This document shows positions 39,010-53,532 of a stretch of 63,151 nt of DNA, one piece after another; the stretch's first letter is position 1, and each line of letters begins with the position of its first letter. The stretch spans positions 38,620,751 to 38,683,901 of the forward strand of contig NC_057711.1 in the NCBI RefSeq assembly GCF_004010195.1, given 5' to 3'. Source of the stretch: Chiloscyllium plagiosum. Taxonomy: Eukaryota. The translations under genes and the position numbers were made by a program. The notes below the pieces were generated by a model. That model was not told the DNA's origin, did no database searches, and was given only the letters and a program-made list of their open reading frames with translations.

Positions 39010-41570
39010 GATTACTATAGATTGAGAGTCCTTGATATCAATAGCATGGAGACAGGCCCTTAGGCCCAAACTGGTCCACGCTGACCAAAACGTCTGTCCA
39101 CACTAACCCCATTTCCCTACACTTGGCCCCATATCCTCCTAATCCTTTGCAATCCATGTATTTGTCTAAATGCCTTTTAAATGTTGTTCATGTACCCACC
39201 TCAAACAATTCCGCTGGTAGCTCATTCCATATGTGTTTTAAAAAAAAGTTATCCCCCAGGTTCCCTTTTTTTATTCTTTCTGCTCTAACCTTAAACTGAT
39301 GCCCTCTAGTTCTTGATTCTCCGACCCTGGGGAAAAGAATAAGTGCATTCACCCTATGATCTTATGCACTTCTATGATAGCCCCCCTCAGTCTCCTACGC
39401 TCTAAAGAAAAAAAGTCTTAGCTTGTCCAACCTCTCCCTATAATTCAGACCATTGAGTCCAGGCAACATTCTTGTAAATTTCTTCTGCACCTTTGCTGTT
39501 TAATAACATCCTTCGTATAAGAGGTGACCAAAACTGAACACAATATTCCAAGTGTGGCCTCACAAATGTCCTCTATAACTGCAGCATAATTTCCCAACTT
39601 GTTTACTCTGTGCCCTGACTGACAAAAGCCAGTGTGCCAAAAGCCGCCTTCACTGCCCTGTCTACCAGTAACTCCACTTTCAGAGAACTGAACCTGAACT
39701 CCCAAGATTCCTCTATTCCTTTGCACTCCAGGCCCTATCATTCACTATGAAACTCCTGCCTTGATTTGACTTTGCAAATGCAAAACCTCACACTTATCTC
39801 TATTAAACTCCACTTTCCATTTCTTGGTCCACTTCGCCAACTGATCAAGGTCCTGTTACGATTTCTGATAACCTTCCTCACTGTTCACAATACTGCCTGT
39901 TTTAGTGTCCTCTGCATACTTAGTAATCATGTCTTGTACGTTCTCATCCAAGTCATTGACATAGATAACTAACAGTAATGGGCTCAGCACCGACCCCTGA
40001 GGCACATCACTAATCACAGGCCTCCAGTCCAACAAGCACCCTTCCACTATTACCTTCTGCTTCCAACCATCAAGCCAATTTTGTATCCAATTTACCAGTT
40101 TGCCCTGGATTCCATGCGATCTAACCTTCCAGAGCAGTCTGCCATTTGAAACCTTATCAAAGGCTTTACTGAAATCCATAGACTACATCTACTGCCCTGC
40201 CCTCGTCAACCTTCCTGGTCACTTCATCAAAGAACTCTTTTTTTTTTTAAAAAAGAAATTGAGGCATGATCTCCCACTCTCAAAGCCATGCCTGCTACTC
40301 CTAATCAAGCCATGTCTTTCCAAATACATATACATCTTATCTCTCAGAATCTTCTCAAGTACCTTACTCACTACAAATGTTAAGCTTACTGATCTGTAGT
40401 TCCCTTTTCTTTGAATAATGGCACAACATTTGCTACCCTCCAGTCTTCTGGGACCTCACCTGTGGCTGACGATGATGTAAAAATATCAGCCAGGACCCCT
40501 GCAATTTCTTTTCTAGCCTCTTGCAGTGTTCTTGGATGTTTCTGGTCAGGACCAGGAGATTTATCCACCTTCATACATTCTAATACATCCACCACCACCT
40601 CTACTGTGTTGTCGACTGTCCCCAGGATTTCACCACTAACTTCAAGTTCTCAAGTCTTCGTGTCTTTTTCCACGGTAAACGCAGAAGAAATATTCATTGA
40701 AAAACCTTGTCCATTTCCTTCTGTTCTACACATACATGTCCTCTTTGGCTTTTGAGGGGCCCTATTCTCTCTCTGTGTCACCTGTCCTGCCCTAGTTACC
40801 AAGAATAGGACAAGTTTAGCCCTTTTAAGAGTAGGACCCTCTATATACTGCTTGAGGAAACTTGCCTGAATGCATTTAACAAATTCCACCCCATCTAAGC
40901 CCTTAATGATCTGGCAGTTCCTGTCTATGTTAGGAAAATTATTATGCCAACCTTATTGGTCCTGCAAGTCTCCCCAGTCTCCCTACATATTTGTTCCTCT
41001 AATTCCCATTTACTGCTGGGGGGCCTGTAGTACAAACCCAATAACGTCACCATTCTATTCTTATTTCTTAGCTCTGTCCACAAAGCCTCACTGGATGATC
41101 CTTCAGTTAGTTTGATTCTGACAACTGGTTTCATACTCGCCTTCATCAAAAATGCAACTCCCCCTTCCCTTCTTCCACCACCTCTGTCCTGCCTAAAGCA
41201 CCTGCAGCCTGGCACATGAAGCTCCCAGTCCTGTCCCTCCCTTAGCCATGTTTCTGTAATGACTATAATATCCCAGTCCCACATACCTATCCACACTCTA
41301 AATTCATCGACCTTATCTGTCAGTCCTCTTGTCTCAAAAACAAATGCAATTTAATGCAACAGGCATTCCTTGCTCCATATTGTTTTCCGGCCTGTCTCTT
41401 CAACTTAGTATTTCTGATTACTGTATCTTCTTTTGAGCCTTGCACTCGCCTCCCTGCTGTTGAGGATCCCCCCCTGCTAATCTGGTTTATACCCTCCCTT
41501 GCAGCATGAGCAAACCTAGCCGCCAAAATATTAGTCCCCTTCCAGTTCAGGTGCAACCCATCTGTAAGCA
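39010..41570 (-). mobile_element. Decayed, internally deleted CR1 LINE (ORF1 end to 3' UTR) in a CCDC125 intron
   Basis: DGLHLN (ORF1 esterase), WDIIVITETWL, KSPGPD, DFSKAFDKV. Confidence 0.88.
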
Positions 41571-42699
41571 TGCAGTGGAAAGAAAAGCTTGACATGTCGG
41601 TGTAGTCCTACGAAACCCATAACTGATAATTTAGCATTCACATAAATTCTGCTTTCACTCAAGTGATTACTTTTGTTTACATTTTGGTGGAATTCTTTTT
41701 AAAGTATGTGTTTCAGTGCATGTCTGATTCCAAAATTTGTATGTGGAAAGAAAGCAGTGCCATTGAAGATATCTATAAATGAAGATGTGGGCATCGGTGG
41801 CCAGACCAGCACTTATTGTCCTTTTCCTTGCTGTCCTTGAGAAGGCGGTATTGAGCTGCCTCCTTGAACCACAGTAGTATGTGTGGTATAGGAACTTCCA
41901 CAGTTCTGTTGAAGTGCTGGAGTTCTAAGAAATAGTGATTGTTTTGAAGTCGAATATTGAAACTTCACAGTGACTATCTTGAGCTCCTAACTGCTTTTCG
42001 TGGACAGTTGGGAGCTCCTGAATATGCATATATATTGATCAAGCAACAGTGGCAGTATATATCCAAATTGGCTTGGTGTCACTTGCAATGGTTATTTTGA
42101 TGTGGTGTTCCCATGACGTTTCTTCCCTCCATCTCACTGGTAGAGAAATTAGTAGTGTTGAAGCCACGTTTATGGAGCACCCCCCCCCCCCCTGTTAGTT
42201 GTACATACTGTGGCAATCACATTCAGATTGTGGAGAAAACTAATTTTCTCCAGTCTCTGTCTTGAAGGTTCTTGAACTACTTCAGTGTTAATGAGACGAC
42301 ACCCATCCAGGTGTGAAAATTAAATCACAAATTAAATGATGGCTATGAAATAGAAAGGCAGTCTTAATGAGGTGATAAAAATGCAGGAAAATAATTAAAG
42401 GATGTGAAAATAATGGAGCAAGTCATTTAAAATGCAAGCAAAAGCCAACAATAAATACATGTACAATCGCATTGTGGTCATCTCAGTGGAGTAGTAGTCC
42501 AGGTACCTGGATGAATGATTTTGTAGACCAGTTCTACTATCAGTAATGGTGACCACAGAACTACTGGATATCCGAATAAGTTGATCTGGTAACTAATGTC
42601 ATTTAAGGAGTGTCACCTTTTACTTAGGCTGGTTATATACATTATTGCAGACCCACAGAAGCATGACTGCACCTTAACTGCCCATTTAAACATTCTAGC

Positions 42700-43000
42700 A
42701 ATCCACTCCCCTCTCCTTTGGGCTCTATCTCTACCGATTGTCTATTCTTTATTTACCCTCCACCCCCACAACCTATCTTCTGCATAAAAACTGACATTTT
42801 CCTAGCTGCTGCTCCTTGGATGCTGTCTGAACTGCTGTGCTCTTCCAGCACCACTAATCCAAAATCTGGTTTCCAGCATCTGCAGTCATTGTTTTTACCT
42901 ATTTTCCTAGCTACCATGAGTTCTGAGGAAGGGTCACCGGATCCAAAATGATTTTTTTTTCTTGGATGCTGCTGAGCTTTTCCAGCAATTTCTGTTCTTG
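42700..43000 (+). mobile_element. Rearranged Penelope-like pLTR fragments inside a SINE
   Basis: ggatgctg..tga.ctgctgtgc...ccagcatctgcag; degenerate core ctgaggaagggtcaccggatcc at 42923. Confidence 0.6.
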
Positions 43001-43439
43001 TAGCAATTGACTCAATTGTACTAAGCCACATTTGGTGACCCAACAAAGTGGCTTCCCATTACTTTGAAAGCAATTAAGGATAGTCAATAAATGCAGGCAT
43101 TTCTAGTTTTGCCACATCAAGACAATGAAACAAAAAAAAATCTATATTTAAGGCTTTGCCCTGAGCATGTGTATTGCTCAGCTCTGTGAGTCAACTGTTC
43201 AGAAAACGAATTTTGAACTTCCAAAATTGTGTACAAGAGCCATAGCTGGCTGAATGAATCAAACTACTTAAAAACCTAACAAAATGAAGAAACAATTTAT
43301 TTTGCCTGTGCTTTTCTATTATTCATTTAACAGCAGTTTTGAAATGAGCATTTTTTTATGAAGTATAGCAAATGATGCTCTGGTGATGCACTGCATTTGT
43401 TTATATGTACTTACAATTTTACCATTCGCTGTTTATCAG

Positions 43440-43517
43440 GCTGTGTTTGATAAAGCTACTGCACATACAAAGACATTACTTCAAAAAACAGGCGAACGAA
43501 ACAAGATTTTAGAGAAG
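43440..43517 (+). CDS. CCDC125: CCDC125 coding exon 4: AVFDKATAHTKTLLQKTGERNKILEK
   Basis: AG/GT boundaries, phase 0/0; KATxHT...LQKT motif. Confidence 0.93.
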
Positions 43518-44239
43518 GTAAAAAAAAATTATTTTTCTCCAATTCCTCTTAATTGATTTTTTTCAAAACAGTTACATTTCAATTCAAATCTTTCTAGAAT
43601 GGTCTGAAGAAAAGTATCTAACTTGATCATTTTAGACAAAAAACTTTGACATATTGCAAATAAAACATAAGCTGTAATTCTCCTCATTTTCAAATACGAC
43701 CCAATTATGTTTGAAGTTATAACAGTTTGTCCATACATTTGTTAATATAACAGTGTTCAATATGTCATTCTCTGCAAATGTTTTCGTCTTGGTGTATGTA
43801 TTTCAACCTCTTTTTCCCTGTATCCTTCATGATCATGTTTATGTTGGTGACTTTTGACAGTACCAGGACAGACCAACTGTCATCTCTAGACTGTATTAGC
43901 TCAATTTTCTTTAAATTGGATAACTCAGAATCTTCCTTTCCTCTTTTTCTCAAGTGGGTTATTAAGGGCTTTTTCATTGTAGTTTGATTAAGGGAACAAC
44001 ATTAAAATGACCTGAACATGTTATCATTGCATTTACAAACTAGTACAAAAGTAGATTTTCAAAAAGCAAGTTAGGAAAGCTAGGACCAATTAGTGACCAA
44101 GGATTTCATCTGTGGACACAAAGGATGTGGCTAACCTATTCAATGAGTACATTGCATTTGACTTCACAAGAGGATGCTGCCATTGTCACAGAAATAATTA
44201 AGAGATAATGAGGACTAGATGCTGGAGAGATCAGTCAAT

Positions 44240-45195
44240 AAAGTGTCTGGCTGGAAAAAGCACATCAGGTTAGGCAGCATCTGAGGAGCAAGAGAATTGA
44301 CATTTCGGGCATAACCCTTCATCAGGAATGGGGAGGGGAGGGGTCTCAGAAATAAATAGGGGGGGTGGGGCTAGGGTAAAGGTAGGTGGAAGAAGGTAGG
44401 AGGTGATTGTGGTAGGTAGGTGGGAAGTGTGGAGTGAATAGGTGGGAAGGAAGATGGACAGATAGGTCAGGTCAAGTCAAAAGGGCAGAGCCAAGTAGCA
44501 GGGTTAGATCTGCGATGGAGGTGTGGAGGGGAAATTTGGAAACTGGTGAATTCAATGTTGAGGCCATGTGGTTGTAGGCTGAGTGGAAAATGAGGTGTTC
44601 CTCCTCCAGTCTGCAGGTGGCCTTGTTTCGGTGGTGGAGGAGGCAGAGAATGGACATGTCATTGGGGGAGTGAGAAGGGGATTGAAACGGATGGCCTCAG
44701 GAAGATAGGGTTGGTTGATGTGTACGAACCAGAGATGTTCCCCGCACCACTTGCAAGTTTGCACTCCGGCTATCCAATATAGAGGAGACCACATGGAAAG
44801 CAACAGATGTAGTAAATGGGATTTGAGGATATGCAAGTAAATCTCTACCGGATTTGGAATGAATGCTTTCTCTTCTGCTTCAGGAGCCTACAAATACACG
44901 ACCTCAGCATTGAATTCACCAGTTTGTAAATCTCTCCTCTACCCCAAATCCAACCCTCTGACTTGGCCCCGCCCTTTTGTCCTGACTTACCTGTCTATCT
45001 TCCTTCCCACCCAATCGCTCCACACTTCCCATCGATCTATCACAATCAGTTCCTACCTTTGCTCACCTATCACCATCCCACCTACGTTTCCCATAGCCCC
45101 ACCCCCCTCCAGTCCTGATAAGGGTTATGCTCAAAACGTTAACTCTTTTGCTTCTCAGATGCTGCTTGACCTGCTGTGCTTTGCCCAGCCCTACA
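44240..45195 (-). mobile_element. Penelope-like element 3' fragment with GIY-YIG endonuclease remnant and inverted pLTR
   Basis: Minus strand 44844-44773 reads RFTCISSNPIYYICCFPCGLLYIG; later RLEEEHLIF; hammerhead motif at 44294-44330 (-); degenerate inverted copy at about 45112-45190 (+). Confidence 0.8.
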
Positions 45196-46101
45196 CTTCA
45201 TCAAAACAGAAATAATTACAGGGTGTTAGAGAAATTAGATCTAAATGAAGAAAAGGTGCCACAAAGTATTGGTAATGATCAAAGCAGAAATCCATGTCAG
45301 ACACAATTGAGTTTGTTCAGGAAGTTGAAAGTTTATTGCCACAATTTTCCAAACTTCCTTGCTGTACTCATGTCTATCTCAAGAGGAAAGCAGTAGTAAC
45401 TGTAGAGAGTCAGCCTAATCATCGTGGTACTGAAACTGAGATAGTAACACAAAACAAGAGTAATTGGTATTTTGTAAAATTGCCTAAGAAATGAAAAGCA
45501 GCAGATTTAAAAAAACAAGTTGTGTTCTTTAATTTATTAGAATGGCTTCATGAGGATTGCAAGGTTGATCTGTATGTTGAACCTTTGGGATCAAAAAGAC
45601 AGTTACTCCATAGGTACAAAATTAGCTAAGGGACAAAAACCAGGGTGTAATATTGAAGGGTGGTTTTCAGATTGGAGGGAAATATGCAGTGGTCCCGCTT
45701 AGTGGCAGATGTTGTTACTGCTGCTTTTTATGATAAATATGACTCAGACTTGGTTAAACAGGGTGCAGTTTTAAAGTTTAGAGATGACAGGACTCCAATG
45801 CAGTATATTTTTGTACAGAGTAGTAACAGATTTTGAAGATGTATTTGTACAGTCTTTGAAGGTAACAGGACACATTGAAAGGTATACAGAATCTTTTAAG
45901 ACTGGCCAGGTTCATGACAAATAAACGCTCCCTTGAGGAATTAGAAGCTTCACTGGACAAGTAGTATAGCCATGACCAGCTGAAAAAGTTAAGCGTAATG
46001 GCTGTACAATAGCAGGACTGAATGGGTACTAAAAAGCATCCTATGGTGACCAACAAATTGACAGCGACAAAGGTAAAATAAAGTAGAGTACATGAGCAGG
46101 G

Positions 46102-46571
46102 TGTCATGGACAGACCAGACCCCCTCAAAACATTTTAAGAAGTTAGCCTAGACACTGACATTTTCTTATTTTAAAGGTACATGTGAAGTGCATGTTCCAG
46201 AAGTGATAAACTGTCAAACCACTTGATAAATAAAACACGATTTATTTAAACGCTATAGTTAAAATTAGTACCCATTACCAGTTCCAATACAGAATCATCT
46301 CATAAACACACCTCTTGGCAAAAAAAATTCAGACACCGATTCATACATGCTATTCAACGTTGAGATTTCAGAGAAAGTCACAGTTAGGAATCATTTACTG
46401 AAGCTCCAACTCTGGGACCCAAACAGCTTCACCTGATCTGGGAACTGTTTTTAAGCAAAACTTAAAGGCCTCTTAAACTATTGATTTAGGCTGACTCCCA
46501 TAGCCACTTCAGCACCTCTCTTCAACAAACCCAGGACAAAATAACCTTTTTAAAATGACAGCATTGTCACA
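46102..46571. mobile_element. Second solo-LTR-like copy
   Basis: Starts tgtcatggaca...ccagaccccctcaaaa, ends gcattgtcaca. Confidence 0.55.
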
Positions 46572-46699
46572 TAGCAAACATAAAAAACATGGAATCATTG
46601 TAAAAACTTTTAAAAAGAAATAAATTTAGTGCAAGTAAATGGGAATCCCTCTGAGTAAGAGACGACAATTAGAATGGGAATCATGAAATGGCAACAATA

Positions 46700-48640
46700 T
46701 TAAAAAAAAAATTAATTTGATGTTTGCAGTGGAAGTATAAAAGAATGTGTTGGATATTGAGAGAAACTAAAAAGAGGTAATGAGAATGAATATAATACTG
46801 GTGTAGAGAAAGTACTGGTGAAATTGAGAGTAAAAGCTGACAAATACGCTGGATTCATGCCATAGGATTTTTTTAAAAAGTGGCAACTTAGAGGATGTTT
46901 TAGATTTGATTCTCCAGCATTCCATAGATTCTAGAACCTTCTGTGTTGACAGAAAAGCAGCAAATGTCACCTTGCTGTTAAAGGGAGGAAGTAAAAACAA
47001 CAGGAAGTGATAAATCGATTAGACTTGCATCAGGAGCAGGGAAAATGTTTGAAGTAATTGTTAAGAAAGTGGTTACAGTGCACCTGTGAAATCAGTATAA
47101 TTAGACAGTCAATCTGGTTTTATAAAAGGAAAATGTTTAATCAATCTTTAGTTTTCTGAGGCTATAATTAGCATAGTAAATATGCAAGAAAATTTTATTG
47201 TTTCAGAAAGCATTAAGATCTTCGCACAAGGTTAGGTTTTGATGGGATATGTGTAAATTTATTGGTTTAAGGATTGATTAATGGGTTAAAAATGCAGTAT
47301 ATTTAAAAAACAGTAAATTTTGGATTGTCCAACTGCCCTGCAAGGATCAGTGGCTGAGCCATAAATATTTTGAGTTTTAAATGAGAGGATTAAGAGTCAG
47401 GTATAAATGTTGTTGCTAATACAAAAAAAATCACAGAAGCCTGTACACGGGCTAAAGGAACTAGACTGTGAGCAAATATTCACTTTGGTAGGAAGAATAG
47501 AAAAGCAGAGTGATTTTGTTATGAAGGTGTGGTTTGAGTAAATTTTGAGATGTAAAGACTCTCGTGCATGAATCATAAAATTTACATACAGATACAGCAA
47601 GCAATTTGGAAGGCAAATGATGTATTGGGCTTTTATTGCTAACAGGTTAGAGTATAGGAGAAAACAAGTCATGCTACAAATAGGGCTTTGGTGAGACTAG
47701 TCTGGGAGAATTATTTACAGATTTGGTGTTTTTATTTAAGAATGTAGCATCTTCCAAGATAAGTACAGAAGGTTCACTAGATTGATGGGATTTTTAATTG
47801 TTCTTTCATAGGATGTGGGTGCCACTGTCACTCATGTATAATGTCCTTTCAGGGCTCTTTAAAGGCAACACTGTAATTTTGGAGTCACAGTAGGTGAGAA
47901 CAAGTGACGATAGCAGATTTCCTTCTGGGAAATTGTGTCCCAGAGGCTGTAAATGCTCAATTGCATTTACATTTAACATTTGAGATAAATGAGACTTTTT
48001 TGACACTAAAGAAATCAACTGAGAGGTTGGGAAAGATTTTGGCTCTGATCTTCGATTAGTAAATTTGAGAGATTGAGGTGTATTCATGTTTTGTATTCTT
48101 ATTAGGATACGGAAAGAAATCAAAAGCAGGAAGTTATGCTGAACCTTTATGAAACACTGCTTTGGTCCCTGTTCGTGTATTTTGATCATGATGGGCAAAA
48201 TACTTTTAGGGTGTCAAGCCACAAAGGAAGATGCGGAAGACATTTATTGAATGGTTAAGGGGTAAAAACCTTCAATGGAGAGACCAAAGTAAATGGTTGC
48301 TTTCCTTGGAGCAGAGAACGTTAAGGGAAGATTTGATAGAGGTATTCAAAATCATTAGTGGTTATGATACTGAATATGTAAATATGGGAATGCTGATTCA
48401 GTATATGGATGCTTTTCATGGCAAATTGTTAATAAGTACAGGAAATAGATTTAAGATGATTGGCAAAAGAACCAGGTGGCTACATGAGGAAAGTAGTTTA
48501 TACAGAGTTGTCATGTTCTGGGAAATGCTGCCTGATGGAGTGATGGTAGCAGTTCAGTAGTAATATTCAAAAGGTGGTTGAACAAATTATTGATTGGGGG
48601 TGGGTCGATGGGGAACGATTTGCACATTGCAAAGTGTAGG
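46700..48640 (+). mobile_element. Old, highly degenerate CR1 fragments
   Basis: Residual motifs such as LREDLIEVFKII. Confidence 0.6.
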
Positions 48641-48902
48641 AGAGTATGTTTTGTGTTTAATTTGTAAACCAAAAACAGCTAATCAAAACCAGAATAATTT
48701 TTACTGTCCTTTGAGATTTTAAGTTTTTCTAATTTTTTTTCCCAGTATCTGTAGTCAGTACTTGAGTGCATTTAACCATAAAAGTAAAATGCGACAGTCA
48801 ATCTACTTGGATCATCCTGAAAACAATTTCAAAATGCCTTTAACAATCTACCTTTTGATGAGAGTAGAAAATGTATGTGACGTTTTGTTACCCTTTCTAC
48901 AG

Positions 48903-48988
48903 GAAGTGAATATATTACAGTGGGAAAATGATTGGAAATTGGATAAATTTAAGAATTTGGAACAGATCTGGATTGGAAGATATGATCG
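48903..48988 (+). CDS. CCDC125: CCDC125 coding exon 5: EVNILQWENDWKLDKFKNLEQIWIGRYD(R)
   Basis: AG/GT boundaries, phase 0/2; LQWE...FKNxE..W motif. Confidence 0.93.
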
Positions 48989-50819
48989 GTTAGTGGACTA
49001 ATTATGAATATAACATATTTTCAGTGCTTGTTCATTGTATTGTGCAATATTAGTGCAGATAGAGGCCATTCAGCTCCTTTGAGTCTGCATTGACCTTCTG
49101 AAGAGCATCCCATCCTATTCCTGATAACCCACATTTATCAATAGTTAACGGACCTAACCTGCATATCCCTGGACACTAGAGAATTTCGTATGGCCAGTCC
49201 ACCTAATCTGCACATTTTAGACAATGTAATAAAATCTTCCTTTTGAGGAACGTATTGAAGTTTTTTCGATTAAAATCAGCTGGTCTTGGTTTCCCATATG
49301 ATTGCTAATAATACTTAGTTCACTGGTGTATTCTGACTATGTGGTGTTTTTGGGAGGAATACATTGCCACATCAAAATGGTCCCAGTGAAAGCAATGAGT
49401 ATATATTGGGGGATAGGTTTAAGGCAACTTATTTGATGTTGAATTTTTGACTGCGATGGTCTTTCCATGCTTGCGTTGATTTAATCCCATGAACTTTCAT
49501 TCCTCCTAATATTTTAGTATGGCTTCTTCCCACTCATTTGAATCCTTATTTTTCTGGAAGTTCTTGTTGGTGCCCTATACAGTGAATTCCTTGTTTGGTG
49601 AAGAGTAATAAAGACAGTGTGGCTCAAACCCTTAGCTTGAGTTGACTCACCAGCTGGCTGAAGATTGCACAAGGTTGGACTCTTACGGTGCCTGCTGGAC
49701 TTAGAAAGCTGTTGCAACTTTCATTTATCTAATAGTCTTGCATATATTTACTTTCCCCACAAATAAAAGCAAGCATATATTTGTGCGTATTTTAAAATCA
49801 AACATGGTCCGTAAGTCAGGTGTGCAATGATCACTAAGTCCACAGTAATGGATTGTTTTTGTGTTGAGTTCCTTCGTTCATGGATTGTGTCTTGTGACCT
49901 AGTTGATTAGACCTTTTTCTCTTGTTCTGAATTACTTACTTTTTTAATTCTCACTATCCCAATCACTTGACTTGTAGCAATCTGTGGTATTTCCCGAGTT
50001 GAGCTGTGAGTCCTCTTTCTCTCTCCATTTCTGAGCATCTCTTTCCCTTCTTTGTGTCTTGCTATCCATTTATTTTCTGCTCAGTCAGAATTTGATCACT
50101 CATTCCGAGTGTAGCTTTGAGAATATCTTTGGGTTGTCAGCCCCTTTTCTTTTTATGTTAGTGAGAAATTCTGTTGTGTGCTTTTCAAGACTTGTGTATT
50201 TTTGGAGGTTTGAGGTTGGATCATTTGTGGTTTATTGGAGGTTTGGTTCCCTTTTCTTTTAGCTAGTGTTGCTATGTGGGTAATGGCTGGATTTCCATTC
50301 ATAGTGCAAATGTATATCTAGGTACTTCTTGCAATTTAGGAAGAACAAGATTGTTTCTGAGGTCATTGAGGCTAACGTGCTGTCTGCTAGAATTGGCAAT
50401 CTGGGAAGATTCAAGCATTCTGTACTGGACATGCCAATTTTGAATGGATGGAATGTCTGTCAGTGATCTTGCAGTTTCAGAGGACTTCCAAGGACATGTC
50501 TGAAAAAATGAAGAAATTATGTCATTGGAAACAAAGTTTCGACCTCGCAGCTCAAAACATTCCCACCTATTGTCTGGAAGTTGTGCATACACTCTAAGCA
50601 TCTGGATGTTACAAGTGTTGATGCAAGTGGATGAGTGTTGAATGGGTCCTGTAGTGGCATGTCTTTGTCTAAGGCAAAAAAAATGAAAATTATAAGACCT
50701 GCTACTTCTAATTTCATATCAGAAGGTTTTCATTACTTGTGCTTTGAACAGAGTCAAATCAAGTGAAATTGTCTCTATTTCTGTACTCTGTTCTGAGATC
50801 CTGGACAGATCTAAGAAGC

Positions 50820-51500
50820 CTATAAAATTCTAACAGGAACAGACAGGATAAACACAAAATGGATGTTCCCAATGATCAGGGAATCCAGATACAGGGGTCA
50901 TAGTGTAACAGTTTGGAGTAGGCCATTTAGGATGGAGATGAAAATTTATTTTCATCCAGAGAATGGTGAGCCTGTGGAACTTTCCATCACAGAAAGTAGT
51001 TGAGACCAATGTCAGTCCCGTCTTCCCAGGAAGCAATGAGATAAGCTATGGCATTCCCTCCATAGCCAAAATATCATCCTTCGATAAGGGCACCAAAACT
51101 GCGCACAATTCTCCAGGTGTAATCTCATCAAGGCCCTGTACAATGCTATCCCTGCAGCAAGAGATCCATGCTCCTGTACTCAAACTCTTGCTGTGAAGGC
51201 CGACATACAATTTGCCTTCATTACCGCTTGCTGATTCCTTATCTTCAGTGTTGAAGCTCCCTATTTCCAAATCTATTGCAATTCAGAAATCTGCCTTCCT
51301 GGTTTTGTGACCCAAGTGGATAACCTCACATTTATTTACATTATATTTCATCTGTCATGCATTTACCACTCGCTCAACTTGTTCAAATCATATTAAAGCA
51401 TCTCTGTATCGACATCACAGTTCATCCACCCACCCAGCTTTGTGTTGTCTGAAAATATGAAGATATTACATTTAGCTTCCTCATCTAAATCATTAATACT
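50820..51500. mobile_element. Two short CR1 fragments in opposite orientation
   Basis: 3'-end motif on + (50820-51010) and RT C-terminal fragment on - (51020-51500). Confidence 0.65.
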
Positions 51501-51640
51501 GTGAAATTATGTCAGTAGTTCAATTTTGAGTTATTTTCAAGTGTCAAATAATTATTTTTAAAGGCTCCATATTTGAACTTCGATTTTCCCAAGCATTTGC
51601 ATATGAATACTGCAGACTTCAGGTATCCTTTTCTTTACAG

Positions 51641-51723
51641 GATATGTATTGAAAATGCTGAACTTTCAAAAACTTTGGCGGCAAAAGATAGTGAGATTCG
51701 GAATCTTAAATCAGAAAATACAA
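51641..51723 (+). CDS. CCDC125: CCDC125 coding exon 6: ICIENAELSKTLAAKDSEIRNLKSENT
   Basis: ttctttacag acceptor, gtaagt donor, phase 2/1. Confidence 0.92.
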
Positions 51724-52577
51724 GTAAGTTTTTAGAGCATTACTGAAATGTGATGAGATGATACACCTCTTCATCCCATCATCAGTCTGAGGTAGATTCA
51801 AATATAAATCTCAGAAATAAAAGTCTGGTTTTGTAACTAATTGTTGATTTAATAGTTCTCAAATGTTTTGGTATTTCTTTTAGTTCCCTCCAATTTCTCC
51901 TGCCCACTTGTCCTAAGTCCTGACCATCACCAGTGCTGTGGTGAAATTATGCTGCGCTGGTTAACTTGATTACCTTGCACATTCTTCATGTGCACGTCTT
52001 GATGTTGAGCGGGGTATTGCAGCAAAATATGTTCCTGTCCCCAACAATATTCTCCATACAGTTAGTCTCCATCTGAATAATCTCTCAGCAGATTAAGAAT
52101 GCTGTACTTGTTTTAAATTTCCTCTTCTCATGTGATCCAATGTACTGTAGTTCAAGGTAACGACTCTTATGTACCCTGACTGCTGATAGGTTGCCTAAAT
52201 GCTAACTATTCCACACTGAACCAATAGCATTTTATCTCAATCGGATTTGGGAATTAGCAGAGCAATTTTTGACTTTTCGACTTTCATTGGAAAAAATTGG
52301 GTGATGGCAGCTTTATAATTTTAAAGAATGGCTTTCTGGTCAAATGGTTATTTGGACCAATGCCTTTAAAAATCATAACACAATATTTGTACTTGCATTG
52401 ATATGTTCAGTTCATAATAACTTAGATTAAAACTTGTCGAAAGGTCTATTCTCAGTGATTGGATATGCAATCCTTGAAGGTTGATCTGTGGCATTCTTTT
52501 TAGTGTTTGGAAATGTTTGCTGTGACACTTTAGATATTGACATTGTTATACATGGTCCATTATATTTGTTTTCTTAG

Positions 52578-52693
52578 TTTTGAACCAGCAGTGTTCAGAA
52601 TTACTTGCAATGCTTGATGCAAAGGATCAGCAGACCTTCCAAAGCACATTGCCAGTAAATAAGAAAGGCTTCACTGAAGTTACAACGTTGGAG
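52578..52693 (+). CDS. CCDC125: CCDC125 coding exon 7: (I)LNQQCSELLAMLDAKDQQTFQSTLPVNKKGFTEVTTLE
   Basis: AG/GT boundaries, phase 1/0; LAMLD motif. Confidence 0.93.
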
Positions 52694-53532
52694 GTAAAAA
52701 TCTAAGAAAACCCCTTTACTTGCAGTTTATAATCTGTTTCCATTCTGTGTTTACTTTGTAAGAGATTCTGGTTGATTAGTACATTGATGCCAAATTTAAA
52801 AAAGTACAAATATATTTCTTGATAATACTGGCTCTGTGGACAAACCTTTCAGATTCCCCTATGATGCATTCATTATTTTGGAAATGCTGTTTAGGAACAA
52901 GTGTACAAGGCAAAATTGTTCTCTTGAAACAGTAACCAATGGGAGTGCTAACTACAGCATTGAATCCAAAATCTCAGCCAATGTGGCAGCAAACTGAGGC
53001 TGATTTGGCTGAAAGCCGGAGAAAGGCAAAAAGCAAAGACTCAAATTTTCACTTCAGAAATTTCTCCTGTTATCCCCTATACTGCAGTAAAATAGTTTGT
53101 CCTTTCAGGCAGACAGAGTCTTAATTTACCACTTCATCTAAAAAATACGACAATACTTCATTCTCTCGTGGTAGCTGAGATTATGTCCAAACTCTGCAGT
53201 GAGGCATGCACCCACAAACTTGATTTGGGTGAGAGTGCTACCAATTAAGTCAAACTGATGGTCTAAGAATTATTTTTCCAGGTGTGTCTTTGCCTTTCAG
53301 TCAGTACTGATGAGGCTTTTTTTTGGGTTTTTGTACAAGTGTTGTGACAAGCTATCTGGGGGATAGTTCTGATACTGTAAACAAACTTCATGTTTGGGAA
53401 TCCCGCATTAGATCACTGAAATTTACATAGTGTTTAAAAATAAATACAGGAGTAATTTTTTGATAAACATTTAGTGTTTATATTTTAGCTGACTGGACAT
53501 TTCCATTGATCAAGATTTATATTGTTCTTCAG

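Noticed and set aside
50280-50720. Coding-looking stretch with ORFs of 100 and 66 aa on minus
   Set aside because: No recognisable motif or splice context; left unassigned
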